Shown: piece by piece, positions 11,989 to 23,374 of the stretch | Layout of the letters: every line of letters begins with the position of its first letter | Position numbering within the stretch: position 1 is the stretch's first letter | DNA from: Neoechinorhynchus agilis | Lineage: Eukaryota > Animalia > Acanthocephala | Assembly (NCBI GenBank): GCA_051530055.1 | Contig: CM121343.1 | Span: 2,636,389-2,700,388, forward strand | Direction: 5' to 3' | DNA length: 64,000 nt | The notes under the pieces: generated by a model | Databases searched by the model: none | The model's input: only the letters and a program-made list of their open reading frames with translations | Told to the model about the DNA's origin: nothing | Program-made: the position numbers and the translations under genes

Positions 11989-14900
11989 TTAATCTTTAAC
12001 GACATATAATTTTGGCTGTTTTGCATCCATACGTCTGAATACAACGTTGACGTTATCAGAACCAGTAGCTGTTCGCTTCTCACAATCATTCTCTACGTTT
12101 TTGACCTCTTTTTTCACTTTTTCAATTTCATCTTTGATTCTTTGTTTAGCAGCTTCGATTCGCTTAAATCGCAGAACTTGATGATCTAACGTAGAAGCGA
12201 AATTGTAACTGTAACGGCAATAATAGTTTTTCCAAAGTCGGATGAATCTCATTGAAGGTATCAAGTAAATAGTTTGTTTGTAGCCGTGAGTGGATCCGGG
12301 CGAGTAAAATGGATTTAGAAAGTCTGTTCGATTTTGAAGGACGTAGGACCACAAGGAAACCGTGTTAGACGCTACCCTCTGAATACTCCTTTCTCTTTCA
12401 GAATTACAAATAAAAGTTCCAAACTGGCACGAGTACAAATGGTCCAAAATCGTTATCAGGAAGTACTCATTAAATTCAAATGCACAACTGTACTGCCGTT
12501 GAAACTGATAGACAGCATCAATGAATTGTAGAAATATAGGTGATCGGTCGGAATCACCGTAGTTATCTTCGCCATGACCTACTCTCGTCATAAACTTATG
12601 TCCAAAACTAATCCATTCCTTCTCTATAAGCACCATAAATCCTTCAAGCGTCCGGTAATAACTGTCAAGCATTAGCATTGACAGAGACGTCAATTGGCTG
12701 GTTCTAATTTATGTAATCTTTCAAAAGAGTTAACTAACTAAGATCACACAAAATATCCCATCCATCGCTGCAATGAACAAGAACTGAAGTTGATCTCCGA
12801 TCCAAAGCAACAACGATTTTATGAGCACCGAGCATTATTTGACGTACGTGCCACAACCATTCAGTTGCTTCGAGATCTTTAAAAAAACTACGATCGTCTT
12901 TAACCATCGGAAATAATAAATCATGGAGTCGACGAAGACTTTCACGCATTACGTGAATGTTGCCAATGTTTAAAAACTCAAACTCATGCTCAGGGTAGTC
13001 CTCATATCCTCCACCCTTTGCCATATTAGCAACGGCATTCACTTTTGGGCGGGCATCTATGATATGACAAGTCCCAATAAAGCTCAAATGCCACTTCAGT
13101 TCGAAAACCGCGAAATAAACTGCAATCAAATAAAAATAATTTCAATGTTTACACTTAGACTATAGCAAGAAAAAGAATTATAAAATGACGGCAAAGTGGA
13201 CGCATTTCAATTGTATTATCTGTACAAATATAAAAGGTTCTTCTTCGCAAAAGACGATACTAAGAATCATAAATCCACTGGCATTTTAATTACTACAATT
13301 AAATTATTTAAAGATTTTTCGTGAAATTAACTAATTTCATTGACAATAACAATTTAATAACGGATTTTATTCATGCCAAAGCGCTCAAAGTTCCCATGGG
13401 AACGCACACCCAGCGGTCTTCTGAATTAGAATTTTAAGTCCGATGAGCCCTTTTTAAAGTTCGGAATTAAAAAAGGCTTAAGAGACAAACAATTAGGACA
13501 TCTCATTGTGCTCCCAGAAGCAATGAGGAGGTACCGGGGTATATTGATTAGTGGAATTTTTGTTTAGAAGTCAACACCAGCGGTAAATGATTATTTCGAT
13601 TAAAGACGTTCTGCGAACCTCGTAGGTGCAGACCTAAAGAATAATTCCACTTTCTTTTGGTAATTTCGTTACCCAGGATTTAAATTCACAACAAAAATAC
13701 TTTCTTTTGGCAATTTTGCCATCCCGGGTTTAAATTCACTGATTATTTCCGATATTTAACGTCGGATAATTCCGGCCATCCGAAGATAATAAATAAAGTA
13801 GTTAAAAAGTCCCGCCAATTGATTAATTTTAGTCTTTTGAGAGAAGATCGATATTTGGCTTACTATATGGAAATTGAAAAATAAAAACACAAGATCAAAA
13901 AACTAAAACCGAAGCAACACTTGACTTGTCAAATCTTCGCTTCGCGAATCGAGTCATACAATATAAAGGCGACGTGATTGTGTAGGATTACAGGCCGCCA
14001 ATGCCGCAAGATAATTTTTATCGAATTCCGATTCACTTACTCGTGAACTCGAACCGCTTAAAATCCCAGTCATTGGTTGAGCCGATCGAATAAGTGCAGC
14101 GTGGTTCCGGGCGTTGTACCAAGAAAGCACAGGGATTCGGTGTTTACTTCTGTGTTCCCTGACTCTCCATAGTGGCGAATCTTCGAGCGATTGTTGATTG
14201 AATTTCTCATCAAGATCGGATGAGTCTGAATTAGGAATTGCTCGATTTCGAACAGCCGGTCTAAAGGATGCCGGAATAACAAGAACGTTTGGATAAGTAC
14301 AGCAAAACTCATAGTTTTCATTGATGTTTTTCTCGATTGACCAAGGACGTCCATTACTCGATCCATGAGAATCATGCGGCAACCTCATACGCTCAAACTC
14401 CGCCATCTTTTTATAAACATTCCAGCCGTATTGAACGGCAGCGGCACCGCCGCCGCCCGGCATCGATAGAAAGTGATCGAGATATTCAGCAGCATATGAT
14501 GGCCATGGTGGATTACTTATTGAGCCCGACGGAGAATACCTCTTAGCAACCCAAAAAGTCCGGAAGTATAGATCATTGAACAATTGCTTACGAACTCTGT
14601 CGGTTTTCTTAGTAGACAAGCAGATATGTCGGATATCTTTACAGAATATCTCAATTCCGTATCCGGAATTGTTTGAAGTCGTTTGACCGCCCATCTTCTC
14701 AATACGGGATATGCAACCATAAGGAAGAGAAAATGAAACGTTTTCTTCATTCGTGGAGTTTGTATCGTATATGAACAACAATCGATAAGTTGTGAGAACA
14801 ACTCTACCGTTGATACTCTTTACTCCACTACCTCGAATCCAGCAAACGTCACCGTAGTGGATCGTATTAGAATCCGTGATTGTGTAAGGGGAACACTTCG

Positions 14901-15132
14901 AGACGGACCCAATCGAGGATGCCAGAGAAGCTGACGTAGGTGGTGACGTAACCAAAATGTTTATTGACGGCGTCAGCGGTGTAAATAAACGAGACGTAGT
15001 CTCAGCCAACAACGAGCGCCCCTGGTCTATCGAATCCTCGTCCGTGGTATCAACGGAAGGCCCCTCAATATTCCCATCATCACTCTTCCCCTCACAGTAT
15101 TTAACAACCTTCGTATGATGTGCCGAAGACAT
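11989..15132 (-). CDS. MTMR2: Myotubularin (MTM1/MTMR1/MTMR2 subfamily) PI3P phosphatase in three coding blocks separated by two TA-flanked inserts
   Basis: GRAM-like region, [67 protein letters not shown]. Confidence 0.92.
12705..12755 (-). other. TA-flanked 49-nt hairpin insert in the myotubularin active-site codons
   Basis: TA at 12754-55 and 12705-06; removing 12707-12755 gives TGG GAT AGA ACC (W-D-R-T). Terminal IR TTTTGTGTGATCTT / AAGATTACATAAAT (11/14). Confidence 0.85.
13058..13958 (-). other. TA-flanked 899-nt insert in myotubularin
   Basis: TA at 13957-58 and 13058-59; removing 13060-13958 gives Y-I-V-D-A-R-P. The ends share inverted TATGA and TGACAAGTC blocks. Confidence 0.75.
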
Positions 15133-16027
15133 TGTATCACATCAAGATGAAAACGTCAGAACGAGCTGTCTTTTGGTATTGTTATATCTTCCTATGCATT
15201 ACCGCTCATTCAAATATGTACTTTGGTCAGGCCGATTTTTTAAGATTTCGTCTTCTACGTGGGAGTTCTTCAGAATTGTTTCGAATGATAGTTTGTTGAA
15301 ACATTTTTGAAGGTGCTACACGTAGAGGACGAAATATTAATTATTTTTCTTCACTTCGCCTTGACCAATACTATCCATGGAAAGAAATTATGCATTATAG
15401 TTTCAGCTTCAATTAGCGATGTTTGATTTATCTTGAAAATTTTCGGCGGCTCGGCAATAGGGTTTCACATCAATGGCAGTGGGCATGAAATCTATTTTGA
15501 TGGCGTCGAGGTTCTTGCGAGGAGTGACGTAAGACGCGAAAGAGTGACTGTGGAAGTCATCATTATCACGCAAACAGGTACTTTTGTTCGGGCAACAAAA
15601 CTGACTGCAAACTCAGTCTTCGAGTCCCACCGGATAAACTATTTGACCATGCTTCTTTCAAATTGTAGATTGACTGAAGAAGGTCAACGAAAAGGCCGAA
15701 AATTTTCAAAATAAATCTATTTTCTGAATCAAACATCGCTAATTGAAACCGAAACAATCTATGGAATTCAATCAATCTCCATGTCTCGCAATGTTCAATG
15801 CATTTTCGCGGGGCCGAACTGGTTCTGCTTAAACGTTCTTTGTAATGCCTTAATGAGTATTCCAAATGCAGGCAAAGGGCAGCACAAATTACGAGATCCA
15901 TAACGGTGGAATGATTTCTGCTAGAATTAATGAACAGCAGCCGTGAAAAAAACCTCACTTCAACACAGAATAAATGTAACCGGCTAGCCTGACTTTAACA
16001 GATGAAATAATTGGCCCAAAATTTAGA

Positions 16028-16225
16028 TAGTTGTGTCGAGGTGGTCTAGGGGACTTGAGCTCCGAATCCCTGTTTCAGGGTCAAAGGTTTCAAATTCACG
16101 ATCACCGATGACATAGAACCAAAGGGGACGAAATACCTCGGTGAGGGGAGGAGACTCACTGATGAGTCCCGCCTCTTGAAGTATCTAATATCCGGATGGA
16201 TGTACAACTACTAACGCTGCCCTAC
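16028..16225 (+). mobile_element. tRNA(Ser-like)-derived SINE carrying a rearranged hammerhead ribozyme, copy 1
   Basis: Head TAGTTGTGTCGAGGTGGTCTAG..GGTTTCAAATTC with A/B-box-like motifs; aligns along its length with the reverse complement of 32766-32933; contains GGGGAC-GAAA-TACCTC and CTCA-CTGATGA-GTCCC. Confidence 0.75.
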
Positions 16226-18317
16226 GCATATCCAACCTTTTACAATCTTTCTTCTAACGTTTTCCAAAAACTTAATACCTTTCATAAGAGGTGCGTTCTA
16301 ACCTCTGAATTCGTGCCATTAGAAAAACACCTCTGATTTTTCAAAAGTGCTTTCATTCTCTTCCGCCTCAATTTCTACCAAACATTCCTCCTTTTACTCA
16401 CACAACACTCGCGTCGCCCCAACATTTTCCATTATTCAGTTCCTCGCACAAATATCTACCTCTGCTCTTTTTCCCAAACGTTAAATCTTCCAAATGCGAA
16501 TTGATTCGGAGGAAAGAGCCGAGGTACAAGGTTCGGTGCCTTATGCTTCTTCTTTTAAATGAAACGTGTTTATATAACCGCATGATTCTGGGTATTAAGT
16601 GATTTTATACGCTTCCTTGAACCATATCAGTGGACTGTATACGCCTAAGGAAAAATTATCACGCGAGCCATACAATACAAAACAACTAAAATCTTTCTAT
16701 TTTGTTATTTCGGAAAATTAAAATAATTTATTGAATTCGATATTTCGGCAAACTCGTGTGCTTTTATCAAGATTGTTTCCAAATTTTTACGGTGAATTGA
16801 ATAAATTATTTTAATTTTCCATCATAACAAAACATGTACAATTAATCTTTGAAATATAAAATCTTTTCAGATGACTGATATAGCGAAGCTGACTCGCAAA
16901 ACAGTTCAATAAAATAATTTTTATCTGTGAGAGATTATAATCATTACAATTCAAACTTTATCACCATGAAGGATTTTCTCTCTATGATTAAAAATTCGTA
17001 TGGTGTTCCCGCCGCGTTAATCCGTTTATGATCGTAGATATAAAAAGTCTTAGCTGAAGAGTTTGTGAGAAGGAAATTGTCTTAATTTTGGAAATATACA
17101 CTCTGGCTTTGTTTTATCGCTGAGATCATTAATAACCAAAAATTTATCCATGGGTGCTTTAAAATGAGTGGGAGCCATTCCCTAAAAATAATTGTGCTAT
17201 TTTGAAGTTATAAACGAAATGGTTGGGGTATAAATCGTCGATTGTGAATCCCCTTAAAATCCGCTCATTAACATGCTCGCCATTGGCGCGGAAACTTTCA
17301 GTCGAAACCAAGACTGCTGATAGGTTGAAACTTGACAGTTAAATAAAAGCGCAGATTAGAAAACGTTCATTTTCGGGCTTTGGCAAATTCTATCTTTGCC
17401 TTCATGGCATAAATTTTCAGGACCATTCCAAGCTAAGGTTAAATTGAAGGATTATATTTGATCACTCCGTAGGTTGGTTAGACGGAATCCAAAAACTAGT
17501 TCTTGATGTTAACGACTTGTTTCAATGTTTTCTTGAATCATCAATACGATCCTTGACAGGACTGTAATGGAGGAACGTCTACTTCGAAATTTTAGTTCTT
17601 GAAACTAAGCCCCTTTGGAAGTGTGAAGTCAAAGATTTATGGAAATTATTGTAAAAAGCATTTGATTTGTTAATGCAATTTTATAAGCTTATTCACTGGG
17701 AAAATTATTGATGAAGTGATTAAATGATAAGCACGATACTAAGTTACTCCTCACTTCTCCGAAAACGCCGTGATGTTTTTTAAAAACCGTTGCAAAATGG
17801 TTTATCCAGGTACGTTTTGGAGCGTTAAAATGCAGATATGAACTTTTATTGATACAATGGAATGAGTGCTTAATACAGGATAATTTGCTTTGTCAGTCTT
17901 TGCAGGTTAGAATTTTACGTTTGCATAATTTATATATCGTTAATTTCCTCCTGATAGTTATCATTTTCACCACATTGGAGGCACTGAGAATTCCCTAGAA
18001 ATCGTTCACCCGGGTTTTGGATGGCACTGATGGTTTTTTGCTCATTGAGCGGATTTCAATATTTTAGCGAAAATAAATGGTAACGATTTTATTGGCTTAA
18101 CACTAAAAAAATTATATTCTCGTTTTATTTCTCGAAATCGGTATAAGCTGGTAAGCCTGATACTTATTTTGTTTAAGCAGGACAGATATTGAGGCTACTA
18201 TTTTAATCAGACGATGGGAGTTTTGATATCCATCATGGACATTCGAAAGGAATGGTTAAAGACGAATGTATGTTTCGATTGATTAAATCAATCATTATCA
18301 ATTCAAGTTTAAAGAAA

Positions 18318-18473
18318 TAAGCACGTAAGGTCATAATCAATCACCCGGCATGAGCGTTTATTTGATTCGGGAACCCGGGAGCTGAGTGAAAGGCATGTCT
18401 TCGCCTAGTAACGATTCCGGGTTCCCGAGTCAAACGAACACTCATGTCGAGTAGCTGTAATCTTACGTTATTA
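18318..18473. mobile_element. TA-bounded MITE-like hairpin with long imperfect TIRs
   Basis: Left TAAGCACGTAAG..CATGAGCGTTTATTTGATTCGGGAACCCGG pairs with right CCGGGTTCCCGAGTCAAACGAACACTCATG..CTTACGTTATTA. Confidence 0.75.
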
Positions 18474-18882
18474 TTTTTTAGACTTGAATCAATAATAACT
18501 TATTCAATCAGTCGAAATTAACGATCCCTCTTGGGTGTCGAGGACCGACCAAAATAATAACCTATCTAACCAACCGAATGCAATCCTTAACGAAATTTCT
18601 CTTTAAATTGTCTTCACTGAAATATCTTAAGCGTGATGTGGATTGATGGTGTAATTTTAAAAATTCGGTACAAACGTGGTATTGTGTAGGCGACCGGTGA
18701 CCTTTTTGAGCAAAGTATTTGAGTGAAGGAGATTTGGTGGGGATGCAGATGATTAATTTCCGAAGAATCTTTTCGTTGAAGTATACCAAAAAATAAATGT
18801 ATATAAATTGTTTTTAAATTAGGCACAGATTTTAATTCAAAAGGACGTAATTCTGAGAACTTTTTGGTTCCATGTTTATTCT

Positions 18883-20771
18883 TTAGGCGGACTTATCGAA
18901 ATTAAAACAAAATCTTGCGATTGCCAGAAAATCATAGTCGATATTGGTTACAAAGTTGGGACGGGTAGGATATGAGATTAAATGCATATGGATGCTTTTA
19001 TTTAAAGCTTCAAGAAAATTTGACCACGACCTAAAATCGAATTCCATCATCGACGTACACTGATCAGAATAGAAAGTCGTCATTTCGTGTCGATTTAGGC
19101 TCTTTAGCTGAACGGTTTTGACCAAATTTCCTGCCTGTGTATTCTGAAGCGCCAATTTCCTCCAAGGTATTGTATTTTTCTGTTAATTCTTCGTACTTAC
19201 CTGAGCCGCTGGATTTTCGTTGTTTCCTCAGATAAATAGTATCGCCGTCATTTAGATCGCAATCGGCAATCGTCATTTTCTTGGACAACTCACTTCTCCT
19301 GCCATTTTTCGATCTAACCTTAAGATGATATCCCGATGTTGAGAGAGGCTTGTCATGAACCAGAAGCATTTCGATAAATCTCTCAATGGTTGTCGTATTC
19401 GCGAATTTCGGCGGACATTGCACTTCTTGAATTCTTGTTAAAATTTTATCTCCGAGTTCGAGCTTGCTATCTACATATAAGAGTTTTGATCCAGAGGAGC
19501 CTTGTGGTCGCATGGATGCACTTCTTAAGCTCATATTTCTAGATGCGTTTTAAAATAAGGATTAATCTCAATAGACTGTAACTCACCTGTCAGCATAGCG
19601 CTTTCGGTCCATATAAACAGCATGGGATTTATTATCATCTAATAAAAGGAAAGTAAATAATTTTAAATATAACGATGTTCAATCACCTTTCTTAACTGCA
19701 GCCCGGTACACTGACGGTTTAATGTATCGCACTTTTGGACTAGTATATTCTACATCTGTGCTTCTTTTCGCAAAGGAAAATCCAAAAGGCAAGATGCACA
19801 ATTTTTACTCTAGTCGGTAGTTCACTTGGATGAATATATGAACTTTGGGGAATCGATGGAGCCGCTTGGTAAATATGCGGTACTGAGTACGGATAATTGA
19901 AAGATGTGCTGGACGACGTGAGTTGTTGCGGCATGGTTTGTTCAGCCGTTGAAGTAGGCCATGACGGTGTTTGAGTTGTAGGAGACGGTAGTTGTGTTAA
20001 AGGTTGGCTCATCGATGGACTGCTATAGGATTGCAGTTGGTCTGGAGCAGTCCAGTACTGTGTCGTCCCCGGTGGGGCGGATAAGACGGCACGCGCATTC
20101 CCTAGAACGGGCTGACTTGCGGAACCGTGATATGGAATGGATGGCAGATCTTGTCCTCCTGCGGGGAGCAGAGTATTTGATGCGATCCCTTTTAAATTAG
20201 TGACATGTTGACAAACTGGGCACCTATTCATATATATATATGTGAGTTTGTTTATTTATTTTTATCCAATTTTGACTTACTGTATGGTTCCCCCGTAGAT
20301 GTGGCTATCAAGACAGTTTGAACAAAATGCATGGCCGCAGTTTAGTTTTCGGACGTCTGTAAGTGGCCGTGAACATTGAAAGCAATGGTGATTCAAATTG
20401 GCACTGTAAGCCCCTCCAACGTTCAATGGAGGCATATAGTTCCTTACACTATCGTAGTGATCGATCATACTATCACCACCTGGAGTGAGGGTCGACAGGG
20501 TGCCGTATTTTGAGCCATAAAGGTTAGAATCTTCAACAATATTCCCTTCGTCACCACTGCTGCTGCTACTATCGCTACTAACGACGAATCCCTGACTTCT
20601 TTTTATTTGTTTTCGTCGACGCCGGATAATCTTTTTTCGTCTTTTTTCCATTTTCCGTTTTACAAATACATTCTTGATCGTTTTCATGAACTGCAAAAAA
20701 TCAAATTGATTGCCACTTTGCTCGTTGGCGTATTTTTCATCGGCATAATTATACGAATCTTCTCCATACAT
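18883..20771 (-). CDS. C3HC4 RING-finger protein with Ser/Pro/Gln-rich middle and a possible ubiquitin-like C-terminal region; 3' end uncertain
   Basis: CFQCSRPLTDVRKLNCGHAFCSNC..(intron)..CPVC RING across a canonical intron; further GT-AG exons; KKMTIADCDLNDGDTIYL resembles the end of a ubiquitin-like fold. Confidence 0.65.
19751..19807 (-). other. Probable TA-flanked 55-nt hairpin insert in the RING gene
   Basis: TA at 19806-07 and 19751-52; removal joins to the only open downstream frame (R-V-E-Y-T-S-P-K). IR TGTGCATCTT / AAGAAGCACA (9/10). Confidence 0.55.
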
Positions 20772-21629
20772 TACGCCTTTTTACAGAGGGTTTCGATTAA
20801 CGATGATGCTCTTTGTTGAACCGTTTTCTCTCTCCTAAAAGCTGATTTGTTCACTCAAGCAAGCTGAGTTCACTGTTTAGAAGGCTTCAGGTACGTTTCT
20901 TTGAGCGTCCTGTGAGTCACTAGCAGTCGTCTTTTCCTTCACTTAGTACAATGCAACATAGAGTACGGCCCCGGCGCTTGCATTATGGTGCGTGAGTTAG
21001 AATGAGCGAATGTATAAGGCAAATTGCTTGCTGAGGTTGACGGTGTGAGAGACAATAGGAGACCTTTCCGGTAGCTAGTTAACATATTTGCTCGACCTTG
21101 CTGCATCTATGTGCCCTAGACTCGTATATTTGCCATATTTCTAATAAAAAAAGATTTTTTTCACATCAAACGATACGCAAAACCATAAATGATTCTTTTC
21201 AAATTTTATGCTCGAACAAATTTCAAACTTCTATTGAATTTTTGTGCCATCTTCATTGTGAAATTCCTAAAAAAAAGGTCTATGTGTATGCGTGGTTTCG
21301 ACGAAGCTTGTAACCGTATCTTTCACTAATCTGCAATCGTTTCCTAGATTTCTTTTTTTCATTTTCAATGAACACGTTCCCATCGGCGCTGGTCAAATAT
21401 TCGCATCCTGATTTTTGCGCGATGGACAACGGACCAAACGTTCAACATAAATTCTACATTCGTTTAAGCATTTTTTTATGTGCGTTTAGGTGAGTATACC
21501 GATTGTAAACATAAAATGGGCCTTAAAAGAGTCATTCTTACCAAGATGAGTAACTCTTCAGAATAAAACGCATGACATGACATTCGTATACTTAAGCTAA
21601 AAAGATTTTGAGAACAGTTGACCAATTTG

Positions 21630-23374
21630 ATGCTCGTTGAACTTACTTGGGTTCTAGTAGTTGCCGTAGTGACCTCGGTGGTTCTGGCAGCAAGTCTCGG
21701 TGCCAATGATGTCGGTAACTTCTTTGGGACATCCGTCGGTGCTAATGTGTTGTCTATTCGAAAAGCGTTTCTGCTAGCAGCCATTTCTGAGATTCTCGGG
21801 TCGGTTTTACTTGGTGAGAAAGTCTCGGATACAATATGGAAAAAGATTGTGAACTACAGTGATCTTAGAAATCGTGAAAGGTTTGTCATGGTGGGCAATT
21901 TATCTGCCATGATCGGCTGTTGCATTTGGCTTGTGATTGCAACCAAATTTAAATTAATAAGTGACGTGAGTGCCTGGATAGGTTGTTGTGATCTCCACAT
22001 CCATCTCGAAAATGAACACTAGCGTACACTGATACCTGTGTCGGCTACTCACAGCATTATAGGAGCCACGGTTGGGTACGCAATGGTTGCTCATGGAACG
22101 AAAGGAGTTAACTGGATTGTATTCATTAAGATTTTAATATCCTGGTTAATGTCACCACTTTTAGCTGGCACACTGTCCATGTTACTTTTATGGATTGTCC
22201 GAAGATTTCTGTCGACTGCTAATGAACCAGCGATTATTTTGATCAAATGGCTTCCTTTTATATATGGCTTTACAGTCATGATCAATGTCTTTTCTATTCT
22301 TGTAAATGGACAGAATACTCAGCTTCACTTATGGCAACAAGCAGTGATTACGACTTCACTGGGTATACTCGTTTCCTTGTTGGTTTGGTACTTTACCGTT
22401 CCGAGAATTACCAATTCTATACGGCAAATACTTGTCCCTTACTCAATAAAGTTACCTAAAGATGACGAAGAATACGACTCGAAACTGTCGGCATTGTTGG
22501 ACACAATAGAAAACTGACTTCTGGCTGGATACATTTGAACTATAAATTAGAAGCCATTTTTACAGTAGAAGAGGACAGTGTCCATGCAAAAGTTTCCCGC
22601 TATATAGATGACCAACCTTTAAACAACGATGAAGATATAAGTGCATGTAAACTGAAAGGAGAAAATCGCCGAAACTGCAGATCCATTGGACTTCAGGTCT
22701 ACATGGTGCCCGATCGTCATTTATCAACTGCTGGCAATAGTCAAACAGAATTCAGTTGTGTATGGGGTTCCGTAGGCGAAACACTTGAAAAATCACGCCG
22801 TAAATCCAAAATGAGATCTTTAGATGCTCAAACTAAAAAACCAGCTTTTGATAGACCTGACGTTGCTAAAATATTTGGCATTTTACAAGTAATGTCCGCT
22901 ATTTTTGGTAGCTTTACCCATGGAGGCAATGACGTTAGCAACGCTATTGCTCCATTAGTAGCCATATGGATGATATGGGTAACCGAATTAAACCTGATGG
23001 GCGCCAAAACTCCTTTATGGATCCTAATGCATGGAGGCTTATGTATTAGTATTGGAATTTGGTTCTTCGGAGAAGGAACGACCATTACTATTGGGAAAGG
23101 AATCACGTATGTTACACCGACTAGTGGTTTCGTAATTGAACTATGCAGTGCCATCGCTGTTCTAATTGCTTCGAATCTTGGGCTTCCTGTAAGTTCGACT
23201 CATTGCAAAGTCGGATCGGTCGTTTGCGTCGGTAGTTTAAACGGCGCTCGAGCTGTCAATTGGAAATTGGTTAGGAATATTGCTTTTGCGTGGACGGTGA
23301 CATTTCCTGCAACTGCTATTACTTCAGCCGGAGTAATGACTTTACTTATTCGCACAGTACCAAACCTTGATTAA
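21630..23374 (+). CDS. SLC20A: SLC20/PiT sodium-dependent phosphate transporter, interrupted by two TA-flanked inserts
   Basis: GANDVGNFFGTSVG, PVSATHSIIGA, HGGNDVSNAIAP, LGLPVSSTHCKVGSV signatures. Confidence 0.93.
21955..22034 (+). other. TA-flanked 78-nt hairpin insert in SLC20 containing an in-frame TAG
   Basis: TA at 21955-56 and 22033-34; removal gives K-L-P-V-S-A-T-H. IR AGTGACGTGAGTG (21960-72) / CACTAGCGTACACT (22017-30). Confidence 0.72.
22507..22567 (+). other. TA(GAA)-flanked 59-nt hairpin insert in SLC20
   Basis: Direct repeat TAGAA at 22507 and 22566; removal joins ORF 22038-22517 to ORF 22535-23374. IR AAAACTGACTTCT / AGAAGCCATTTTT (11/13). Confidence 0.72.

Noticed and set aside
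12705-12760. U12-type AT-AC intron at the myotubularin active site (ATATTTTG..TTAC)
   Set aside because: That splice leaves the downstream exon out of frame, and the 5' site matches ATATCCTT poorly.
15433-15714. ORF with AIGFHINGSGHEIYFDGVEVLARSD, reminiscent of a Penelope GIY-YIG C-terminus
   Set aside because: Only a short loose match with no upstream GIY/YIG motif or adjacent hammerhead; too weak to annotate.
16028-16110. Functional tRNA gene at the SINE heads (also 32860-32933 and 58830-58897)
   Set aside because: Cloverleafs are incomplete, the two homologous copies are strongly diverged, and each continues into a non-tRNA body, as expected for SINEs.
16240-18300. Possible decayed DNA transposase in AT-rich intergenic sequence
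   Set aside because: No catalytic motif or terminal repeat could be identified in any frame.
21618-23374. Stop-codon readthrough or an alternative genetic code as the cause of the broken ORFs
   Set aside because: Most breaks change frame, long ORFs such as CCT4 contain no internal stops, and TAA, TAG and TGA all occur as apparent terminal stops.
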